A stretch of DNA of 15,243 bases, taken from positions 1 through 15,243 of the forward strand of contig JBDRCO010000079.1 of NCBI GenBank assembly GCA_043821645.1. The letters are read 5' to 3'. The notes under the pieces were generated by a model. That model was given only the letters and a program-made list of their open reading frames with translations, searched no databases and was not told the DNA's origin. The position numbers and the translations under genes were made by a program. Of the stretch, positions 1 to 6,994 are shown piece after piece. The stretch is from Pseudomonadota bacterium (GTDB lineage: Bacteria > Myxococcota > JACRCW01 > JAFGSX01). The first letter of the stretch is position 1. Every line of letters begins with the position of its first letter.

Positions 1-1503
1 GGTGCGATCGACCTGCACAGAGCTGCCCTCGTCGCGGGCCGTGGCCATGACGCGTTCGATCTCGATCGGCTCGCTCGTCTCTCCTGGCGCAGGCTTGCCG
101 CAGCGATGGCAGAAGCGCGCAGCGGGATGCTGGCGCTCCCCACAACTCGAGCAGAAGACTGCCACAGGACCGACGCCGGCCGAGGTGGTGACGGTGGCTG
201 CAGGTGCTGCGGTGCTCGATCGCAGCGGAGCGGTCGGCTGTGCTGGCGCCTGGGTCGCAGGCGGAGCAGGGGGCGTGGTGGCACAGAACAGGGCAGGGGC
301 TCCAGGTCCGACCCGAAGGTCGGGCTCGATCGCCTGCAAGGCTTCCCCGGGCAGCGGCGCGACAGCCCCTGTCTCCACAGGCAGGGTGCCGCCGAGGTTC
401 GCAGGTCCGCTGGCGACGGCGTGGGGGAGCGTCGTGGGCGTGCTCGGCAGCACCACGCCCGCGCGGGCGGCGGGCGCCGGTTGCTGTGCCACAGAGCGGG
501 TGGTCGCCGCGGCCGTTCTCCGCGGAGTGGTTCCGGCCCCCGGCATCGTGGCCTCGCTCGACGACAGCACGGGGGTGCGCGCCGAGATCATGGGACCGGC
601 CACCCCGCGCACGAACTCCGCGACCTCGCGCTTCACATCACCCGGCTCGCGGTCCAGGTAGCCCTGCAGCGTGGCGGCGACGCTCGCGCAGTCGCGGAAG
701 CGGGCATGCGGCTTGCGCGACAGCATGCGCTGCACGGTCTCGTCGATCTCGGGCGGGCACTCGTCGAGCACCATGACCAGCATGTCCACCGGGTGCCGCA
801 CCACGCGCTGGGCGGTCTCGGCAGGATCGGCGACGGTGAACAGCGTGCGCTGCACCATCAGCTCCCACAGCACAACGCCCAGGGAGAACTGATCGCTGCT
901 CGGGTCCCGCAGCTCGCCGCGCAACTGCTCGGGCGAGCAGTAGCCATGGGGTACGGGCGCGCCGCCAGCGGATTGGGCCAGCAGCAGCAGCGCCTGGCTG
1001 ACGCCGAGGTCGGTGACCCGCGTCGTGCCGTCGAGCCCGACCCACAGGGCGCGTGGCCGGATGGCACCGTGCTGCAGGGTGCGCTCGGGGTGTTCAGGAT
1101 CCGCAGTCTGGTGCACGGCGTGCAATGCCAGCGCCGCGTCGCGGATGATCGCCGCGGCGACGCGCGGAGGCACCGGCCTGGGATCCGCGGCCAGCAGCTG
1201 GCGCAGCTCGAGCAGGGTCGCGCCACGCACGAACTCGGTGACGACAAAGCCGCCGTCGTCGACCTGGCTGGTCTCGAGCACAGGCAGGATGTTGGCGTGC
1301 GCGACCCGCAGCCCCAGGCGCAGCGCTCCGAGCACGGCCGGGACCTGCTCGCGGCGAGCGGCCACTTCGGGCGCGAGGCGGCGCAGCAGGGTCAGGTCAC
1401 GGCTGCCGGGGCCGCGGGAGATGGACACGAAGTTTTCCAGCAGGTCATCGCGACCGATGGATTGCAGCAGCTGGTAGTTCCCCAGCGTCTGCGCTCCTTG
1501 CAT
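1..1503 (-). CDS. Ser/Thr protein kinase-like protein (predicted pseudokinase) with Pro/Ala/Thr linker and CxxC-CxxC zinc ribbon; 3' end outside the window
   Basis: Translated by hand because it is not in the ORF track (no stop in the window). ATG at 1503 follows GGGAG; an alternative in-frame ATG at 1524 follows GAGGAG. The frame is open to base 1. Kinase-fold landmarks: GNYQLLQSIG, HANILPVLE, FVVTEFVRGATL, HGAIRPRAL, VTDLG, GYCSPEQLRG, SDQFSLGVVLWELM, MLSRKPHARF. FCSSCG...FCHRCG lies at about 97-156. Confidence 0.9.
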   Translation of the reverse strand, partial: MQGAQTLGNYQLLQSIGRDDLLENFVSISRGPGSRDLTLLRRLAPEVAARREQVPAVLGALRLGLRVAHANILPVLETSQVDDGGFVVTEFVRGATLLELRQLLAADPRPVPPRVAAAIIRDAALALHAVHQTADPEHPERTLQHGAIRPRALWVGLDGTTRVTDLGVSQALLLLAQSAGGAPVPHGYCSPEQLRGELRDPSSDQFSLGVVLWELMVQRTLFTVADPAETAQRVVRHPVDMLVMVLDECPPEIDETVQRMLSRKPHARFRDCASVAATLQGYLDREPGDVKREVAEFVRGVAGPMISARTPVLSSSEATMPGAGTTPRRTAAATTRSVAQQPAPAARAGVVLPSTPTTLPHAVASGPANLGGTLPVETGAVAPLPGEALQAIEPDLRVGPGAPALFCATTPPAPPATQAPAQPTAPLRSSTAAPAATVTTSAGVGPVAVFCSSCGERQHPAARFCHRCGKPAPGETSEPIEIERVMATARDEGSSVQVDRT

Positions 1504-1536
1504 CGGTCCGCTCCCTGCTGGCATCCCTGTCGCTCC

Positions 1537-2457
1537 TCAGCCCTCATCCCCGGGGTCGGCACCCGCTTCGGGGCCCTGCGGCTCTGCCCAACGCTCCAGA
1601 TCCTGGCTCAGCTCCTGCCAGAAGGGGTGGAGCGCCAGGGCCTGCACGGCCAGCGCGTGGGCCCGCCCTGCGTCGCCGTGCTCCGCCGCGGCGCGGGCGT
1701 GCTGCGCCAGGTCCCGGGCGGCGGTCACCTGCTGAGGGTGCCGCATCTCCCAGGTGCGTTCGGCCTCGTGCAGACCCTCGGGGGCATCCGCCAGTGCCTG
1801 TGCGATCTGCTCCGGCGGCAGCGACTCGCTGCGCAGCAAGTAGCTCGCCCGCTGCCTGTCGTCGCACAGCAGCTCGCCAGCCCGCTGCACCGCGAGCCGG
1901 GCCGCGATCAGGCGCCCGCGCAGGTCGTCGTCGGGCAGCGGGAGCTGCATCAGGGCATCGATCGCCGCTGTTCTGTCGTGCAGGGCCGAGGCAATGGCCC
2001 CACGGCGCGCGTCCGGCTCGAGGCCGAGCACGGCGTGCAGTGCGCCCTTGCGCTGTGCCAGCTCGACCTGCACCAGGACCGCGGTGTCAAACGACGCACT
2101 GGCCACAGCGCGGTCCAGACGAGCCTGCAGCGCCGCGAGCAGAGCCTCGAGCTGACCAGCCCGCGCCGCGTCGAGCGCCACGAAGCGCAGCCCTATCCCC
2201 ACGGCGGTGCCCCACAGTTCGGCCTGCTGCGGACTCACCTGGTGGACCACCTGCGCCGTCAGCACCACCTCGCCCAGCTCGGGGTCGTTGAAGCTCAGCT
2301 CGAGTGTGCTGCCTGACTTCAGATCCTTATCGGTGACCACGAAGGCGCCGCCCAGCGACAGGTCCTTGAGCCACACCTCCACCACGTCGTCAGGATCCAC
2401 GACCCGCAGCGCCGCCGGCATGTCTGCCGGATACCTCTGGTGTGCTCGCCTGGGCAT
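1537..2457 (-). CDS. PilZ-domain protein with a degenerate DnaJ-like region and a C-terminal helical/TPR-like tail
   Basis: The N-terminus has RAHQR (RxxxR) and DLSLGG (DxSxxG), the two PilZ c-di-GMP motifs, and ends in GIGLRF. HAVLGLEPDA...LLCDDRQRASY resembles J-domain helices I and IV but lacks HPD. ATG at 2457 follows GAGGG. Confidence 0.85.
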   Translation of the reverse strand: MPRRAHQRYPADMPAALRVVDPDDVVEVWLKDLSLGGAFVVTDKDLKSGSTLELSFNDPELGEVVLTAQVVHQVSPQQAELWGTAVGIGLRFVALDAARAGQLEALLAALQARLDRAVASASFDTAVLVQVELAQRKGALHAVLGLEPDARRGAIASALHDRTAAIDALMQLPLPDDDLRGRLIAARLAVQRAGELLCDDRQRASYLLRSESLPPEQIAQALADAPEGLHEAERTWEMRHPQQVTAARDLAQHARAAAEHGDAGRAHALAVQALALHPFWQELSQDLERWAEPQGPEAGADPGDEG

Positions 2458-2481
2458 TCCCACCCTCGATAATGGCGTGCC

Positions 2482-2510
2482 ATGCTAGGTCCTGTTGCGG
2501 GCAAAGTGAA
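2482..2510 (-). promoter_or_regulatory. Candidate sigma70-type promoter for the PilZ and pseudokinase genes
   Basis: Minus strand reads TTCACT-N17-TAGCAT, about 25 nt upstream of the ATG at 2457. Motif match only. Confidence 0.35.
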
Positions 2511-2733
2511 GCGTCACGCGCGTCTCCAGGAGATCCCTCGTCAGCTCGCAACGGCCACGCCTTCGAACCTGCAACAGCGTTCGGCCCGCGAGCGTTGGCG
2601 CTCGGTACAAGCCGGCCGCCGCGCCGCCCAGCCCGGCCCAAAACGCACCCGGAACGGTTGCCAGAGCAGAGAAAAAGCGAGCAGCCTGTCGGCAAAACAA
2701 CGAAGCGAGGCGGAGGATTTTACCGCCAACCTG

Positions 2734-3678
2734 CTAATGCTGTTCGACGCCGTCGCCGCCGCGCGCGCGCACCTCATCCAGGGCCGTGCGGGCGCGCCGC
2801 ATCAGGTCCGAAAAAGCGACCTGATCCACGCCGTCGTAGCCGGCCACGCCCACGCTCACCGTCGCCTTGACGCGCTCGCCGGCCACCTCGACGCGCAGCT
2901 TGCGCGCCAGTCCGGCGATGCGCACGCCCACGCGCTTGGCGCCGGCGGTGTCGGTGTGCGGCAGCATGAGCAGGGCGGCGTCGGAGGCCGAACGCACCGG
3001 GATGTCGATGTCGCGGATCACCCTGAGGATGATGCCTGCCATGTCGCTGAACAGGGGTGCCAGAGCGGCCTCGCCGTAGCGCGACTTGAGCGGTGCGTAG
3101 GCATCAAAACCCACCAGCACCACGCCCAGCGGAATGTGATAGCGACTGGCGCGCTTGGCCTCGGTGAGCAGCACGCGCTTGAACACCTCGATGGGCAAAA
3201 ACCCCGTGGCCTCGTCGAGCTGCACCGCCTGATCGGCGCGGCGCTGCTCGCGGCGCAGGCGCTCCTCGACGTAGTGCACGCGGTGGTACAGGGTGGCCTC
3301 GCTGAGCAAGCCACGCACCAGGGCCCCCATGGCTGGCGCCGGTGGGTCCCCCAGCACGTAGCCATCGGCCTCGCAGGTCTCGCACAGGTCCGCGGCCTCG
3401 CCGGTGCTCTCGGGGCACACCAGCAGCACCGGGATCTTCTTGTTGCCAAAGCCCTTGAGCGACAGGGCCAGGTCCACCCCCGAATAGTCCGGCGTCTCCA
3501 GATCGGTGACGATGACGTCGGGATTGAGGGCGTCGATGGCCTGCAGGGCCGCGGCGCCGTCGACGGCTGCCACCACGCGCACGCCTGGCACGTGAAGCCC
3601 TTGCTCGACCAGGGACTTGAGGACTCCGCGTGGGTCCACGCAGAGCACGGTCTTGCGCTGAGATTCGGTCTTGTTCAT
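2734..3678 (-). CDS. Atypical response regulator receiver fused to a degenerate GGDEF domain (probable c-di-GMP receptor)
   Basis: REC: VLCVD...AVDGAAAL...PDVIVTDLETPDYSG...IPVLLV. GGDEF fold: DEATGF, VVLVGFD, RDIDIPVRSASDAALLMLPHT, TVSVGVA, ARTALDEVRARG. ATG at 3678 follows GGGAG. Confidence 0.88.
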   Translation of the reverse strand: MNKTESQRKTVLCVDPRGVLKSLVEQGLHVPGVRVVAAVDGAAALQAIDALNPDVIVTDLETPDYSGVDLALSLKGFGNKKIPVLLVCPESTGEAADLCETCEADGYVLGDPPAPAMGALVRGLLSEATLYHRVHYVEERLRREQRRADQAVQLDEATGFLPIEVFKRVLLTEAKRASRYHIPLGVVLVGFDAYAPLKSRYGEAALAPLFSDMAGIILRVIRDIDIPVRSASDAALLMLPHTDTAGAKRVGVRIAGLARKLRVEVAGERVKATVSVGVAGYDGVDQVAFSDLMRRARTALDEVRARGGDGVEQH

Positions 3679-3785
3679 GCTCCCGCCCCGGGCTGCGTGC
3701 CACACAAATGCCTGGCCTGCTCATTTCACCGAACCCCAGGTGCGGTCAAGCATTTTTGAGATCCCTTCGACACCACAGCCACAGA

Positions 3786-3814
3786 TTGGCAAGCGCCTGG
3801 CGACCGCATATGGT
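3786..3814 (+). promoter_or_regulatory. Candidate sigma70-type promoter for queF
   Basis: TTGGCA-N17-TATGGT, 50 nt upstream of the queF GTG. Motif match only. Confidence 0.35.
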
Positions 3815-3864
3815 GTGCTGCCTGCACCTGCATCGCGCCCAGAGCCCCAGGCAAAGAGGTCCCC

Positions 3865-4290
3865 GTGCCCAGCCAACCGCAACAACACCTTGAAACCTTT
3901 GATAATCCCGCCCCTGGCCGGGACTACCTGATCGCCTTCGACTGCCCCGAGTTCACCTGCCTGTGTCCGCTGACCGGGCAGCCCGACTTCGCCCACCTGT
4001 ACGTCCGCTACGTGGCCGACCACACGTGCATCGAGCTCAAGAGCCTCAAGCTCTACCTGTGGTCCTACCGCGATCGGGGCGCCTTTCACGAGAAGGTCAC
4101 CAACACCATCCTCGACGACATCGTGGCCGCCATCGCGCCGCGTTTTTGCGAGGTGCATGGCGCCTTCTTCGTGCGTGGAGGCATCGCCACCACGGTCGTC
4201 GCGCGCCACGGCGCGGTGCCGGCAAGCCTGGCCGACCAGCTGGCTCGGCCGCCCGCCGAGGCCTTCGCCCGCAACGCCACGCGGTCCTGA
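3865..4290 (+). CDS. queF: NADPH-dependent 7-cyano-7-deazaguanine (preQ0) reductase, unimodular type
   Basis: [16 protein letters not shown] (catalytic Cys and Asp), QueF motif [16 protein letters not shown] and RGGI. GTG start follows GAGGT. Confidence 0.96.
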   Translation: MPSQPQQHLETFDNPAPGRDYLIAFDCPEFTCLCPLTGQPDFAHLYVRYVADHTCIELKSLKLYLWSYRDRGAFHEKVTNTILDDIVAAIAPRFCEVHGAFFVRGGIATTVVARHGAVPASLADQLARPPAEAFARNATRS

Positions 4291-4313
4291 TCCGCCAACC
4301 AAAGGGGCCCTCC

Positions 4314-4997
4314 ATGCTTCGCATCACCCTGATCACCACCGCGCTGTACACCGTGCTGGTGCTGGCCCTGGGCGTGCCCCTGGGCTACCTGGCCTTCGTT
4401 GGCGACAAGACCGCCTTCACCGACGAACCCCTGGGCTACCTGGCCTGGATAGGTGGCCTGGGGCTGGTGCTGGGCTTGAGCCAGGCGGTGCTGCTGGCCA
4501 CCCGGGTCGAGCGCTCGTGGGCGCGGCCCACCCCGCAAAGGCCGCTGTGGAAGCCCGTGCTGGCGGCCAGTCTGCTCATGGGCTTCATGCTCTTTTGCGC
4601 CCTGATCATGGCGGGGATTGTCTTGATCGGCGACGATTCGCTGGGCGTGTTCGACGCGCCCTGGGTGTGGCTGACCCTGGCCCTGCTGTTGCTGCTGTGG
4701 GGCGCCTGGGCGCTGGTGTTCCGCCGGCTCGGTCAGCAGCACGGCGTCGACGGCCTGCTCGACCGGGCGTCGCGCTGGGTGCTGGCCGGAAGCTTGCTCG
4801 AGCTGCTCATTGCCGTGCCGGCGCACGTGCTGGCGCGGCGCCGCGACGACTGCTGCGCGCCCACGGTGAGCTACCTGGGCCTGGTGACGGGCCTCGCCGT
4901 GCTGCTGATGAGCTTTGGCCCGGGCGTGTACTTCTTGTTTGCGCAGCGCCTGGCGAACAAGCGCAAGGCACAAAAGGGCTCAGCGACGAGCCGCTAA
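4314..4997 (+). CDS. Uncharacterised multi-pass membrane protein (about 6 TM helices, 227 aa)
   Basis: ATG at 4314 follows AAGGGG, 23 nt after the queF stop. About six hydrophobic stretches, GC3-rich codons, and the motif GSLLELLIAVPAH...RRRDDCCAP...SFGPGV. The longer 3963 start in the ORF track overlaps queF and is unlikely. Confidence 0.85.
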   Translation: MLRITLITTALYTVLVLALGVPLGYLAFVGDKTAFTDEPLGYLAWIGGLGLVLGLSQAVLLATRVERSWARPTPQRPLWKPVLAASLLMGFMLFCALIMAGIVLIGDDSLGVFDAPWVWLTLALLLLLWGAWALVFRRLGQQHGVDGLLDRASRWVLAGSLLELLIAVPAHVLARRRDDCCAPTVSYLGLVTGLAVLLMSFGPGVYFLFAQRLANKRKAQKGSATSR

Positions 4998-5117
4998 GCC
5001 TTCTTCTGACCTGTCGCGTCGCGTCAAAATCATAAGTAAATTCAAACACAAGTGACTGCGCTGGCGATGCAGGCCCCGGGGCTCACCGGCCAGGCCTGGC
5101 TGCGGGTCAGCCCGGCC

Positions 5118-5143
5118 AGATCCCCTGCGCCGCTGGCGGATCT
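5118..5143. terminator. Possible hairpin just past the stop of the PG hydrolase gene
   Basis: AGATCC...GGATCT inverted repeat in the convergent intergenic gap. There is no clear U-tract. Confidence 0.2.
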
Positions 5144-5146
5144 TGT

Positions 5147-6646
5147 TCAGCCCTTGCAGTGATAGATCGCGGTGATGGGGTAGTTCGAGCCGCCTTGCGT
5201 GATGCGCTGGCTGCCGTCGGCGTTGGCGTTGTTGCTGCCGATGAACTGTGGCTGGCCGTTCTTCCAGCCGGCGAACAGCACGGTGTGGCCGTGTGAGTTG
5301 CCGTTGACGTTGAACACCACCACGTCGCCGGGCTTGGCGTCGCGCAGCGACACACGCTTGAAGTCCGGGTCCGCGTCCAGGGTGTTCATCATGTACTGCA
5401 CGCTGTTGTCGTGCTGGCTGCCCTTGAGCTGGCCGGCCTTCTGCAAACAGGCGGTGACGAAGCTGGCGCAGTTGACGTTGTTGGGGACCCAGTCTGGCAT
5501 GTACTTGCCCAGGGGCTCGTGAGTCTTGACCCAGCTGGCGTTCTTGCCCAGCAGACTGCGCGCGATCTGGTAGGGCTTGCCACCGGCGGCCTTCTTCTTG
5601 GCGTCGGCCTGGATCTTGTTGAACTCGCCCTGGCCCACCTTGCTGTCGACGGTCAGATGCTGCTTGCGCTCGTAGGCACGCACGGCCTGCGCCGTCTGCT
5701 TGTCGAAGATACCGTCGACCTTGCCGGTCTTGTAGCCCAGGGTCTTGAGCGCCTTCTCGGTCTGCTTCACCGCGGCCGAGCGCTCGCCCAGGGCCTGCGC
5801 CGGCGAGGCCTGCTTGCTGGCGTACAGGTAGCTCTTGGACAGCGCGGCCCAGGTCTTGTCGTCGACACGACCGTCGGCGGTCAAACCCTTTTCGCGCTGG
5901 AAGCGCTTGACCATGGCGGTGGTGCGAGCATCGAACTTTCCGTCGGCCACGCCCGGGTTGTAGCCCGCGGCCTTGAGGTGCTCCTGCACGTTCTTGACCG
6001 CCCGGCCCTGGGCGCCCGGGCCAAAGCCCTTGAGCCCGTCGGCGGTGACCGCGTCGGCCTTTTCTTTGGTGGCGGCGTCCAGGCGCCGGTGCGCCGCCTT
6101 CTCCTTGGTGACGCGGGCGCGGTAGGGGTCGTGGTGCAGGCCCTGCACCTGGCTCTTGAGCACACCGCGGGCGAACTGGCCCATGATGGACGTGTTGTCC
6201 TTGAGGTTGCCCTGGTCGGCGCGGAAGGCCTTGACCGCCGCCGCGGTCTGCTTGTCGAAGATGCCGTCGACCTTGCCCACGTCGTAGCCCAGGGTGCGCA
6301 GGCGCTGCTCGGCGCTGAGGACCTTGCCGCCCTTCTGGCCGACGCCGATGAACTGGTCGTGCTCGCGGCGGCGGGTCTCGACCTTCTTCAGGGCCTCGAA
6401 GGTCTTCTTGTCAAAGGCGCCGGTGGCCTCGAGTCCCACCGAGGCCTGGAACTGCTTGATGGCAGTCTCGGTCTTGGCGGTGAAGCTTTTGTCCATGGGG
6501 CCCGGGTCAAAGCCCGCGGTCTTGAGCATGCGCTCGGCCCACTTGACTGCTGCACCCTGCTCGCCGAGCTGCATGGGGCCGTCGTTCTTGAGCTCGGCGG
6601 CGATGGCCTTGTGTCCGATGCGATCTCGTTGGGCGACGCTGACCAT
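5147..6646 (-). CDS. Peptidoglycan-binding protein (4 PG_binding_1-like domains) with C-terminal NlpC/P60/CHAP-like cysteine peptidase/amidase
   Basis: Four repeats of the pattern G..V...(E/Q)..L...G(Y/F)..G..D..F...T...(V/I)..(F/Y). The C-terminal domain has NCASFV (catalytic Cys), KPGDVVVF, GHTV (catalytic His) and GSNN. ATG follows GGAGG. Confidence 0.9.
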   Translation of the reverse strand: MVSVAQRDRIGHKAIAAELKNDGPMQLGEQGAAVKWAERMLKTAGFDPGPMDKSFTAKTETAIKQFQASVGLEATGAFDKKTFEALKKVETRRREHDQFIGVGQKGGKVLSAEQRLRTLGYDVGKVDGIFDKQTAAAVKAFRADQGNLKDNTSIMGQFARGVLKSQVQGLHHDPYRARVTKEKAAHRRLDAATKEKADAVTADGLKGFGPGAQGRAVKNVQEHLKAAGYNPGVADGKFDARTTAMVKRFQREKGLTADGRVDDKTWAALSKSYLYASKQASPAQALGERSAAVKQTEKALKTLGYKTGKVDGIFDKQTAQAVRAYERKQHLTVDSKVGQGEFNKIQADAKKKAAGGKPYQIARSLLGKNASWVKTHEPLGKYMPDWVPNNVNCASFVTACLQKAGQLKGSQHDNSVQYMMNTLDADPDFKRVSLRDAKPGDVVVFNVNGNSHGHTVLFAGWKNGQPQFIGSNNANADGSQRITQGGSNYPITAIYHCKG

Positions 6647-6743
6647 GGTGACCTCCGCTTGATGCAGCCGTTATCGCCGGGTGCGTGCGGGTCGTACCTC
6701 GGCCTACAGGAGGACCTCTTTTCGTCCGATGTCGGGCCGTGCC

Positions 6744-6766
6744 GACAGTCAACGCGGTTGACCGTC
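6744..6766. promoter_or_regulatory. Inverted repeat, candidate transcription-factor site between divergent genes
   Basis: GAC-a-GTCAAC-GCG-GTTGAC-c-GTC, with a perfect core at 6748-6762. Confidence 0.35.
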
Positions 6767-6994
6767 TGAAATGACTTGGTTTTTCTGGGCCGGTGGGCAG
6801 CGCCGCAGCCAGCAGGCGGGCCCCGACGCGCCGTCGACCTGTGCAAGCCAAGGCCGCGCTGCGGTGTGGCGGCCTTTGCAGCGCCACGGGTGCGCTTTTC
6901 AGGCGGCGCCAAAATGGGGTAGGCCTAGGGAGCCTGCGCCTGCCGCTGGCGGGTGGCGTGGCAGGCACGAAACCCTGTTCACCGAGGCGTACCC

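Noticed and set aside
106..2316. 736-aa plus-strand ORF
   Set aside because: Antisense shadow of the pseudokinase and PilZ genes. It has no recognisable domain, and such ORFs are expected from high GC3 codon bias.
2464..2733. Possible c-di-GMP riboswitch between the GGDEF and PilZ genes
   Set aside because: I could not match the GEMM two-stem consensus on the coding strand. Only a weak GGCGG-N9-CCGCC hairpin follows the GGDEF stop. An Rfam search would settle it.
2482..3759. 425-aa plus-strand ORF
   Set aside because: Antisense shadow of the REC-GGDEF gene.
3815..3864. preQ1 riboswitch upstream of queF
   Set aside because: No preQ1-I stem-loop with an A-rich tail is visible in the short leader.
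3865..4290. queF as part of a 7-deazaguanine DNA-modification (dpd) island
   Set aside because: No dpdA or tgt paralogue and no other dpd or que genes nearby; the sequence is a canonical QueF.
5026..5055. dif site or IHF consensus in the AT-rich patch
   Set aside because: Only partial similarity: the XerD arm TTATGTTAAAT and the IHF TTR element are not matched.
5147..6646. Prophage endolysin
   Set aside because: No holin, spanin, integrase or structural genes are in the window.
5411..6769. 452-aa plus-strand ORF
   Set aside because: Antisense to the peptidoglycan hydrolase, which has clear domains.
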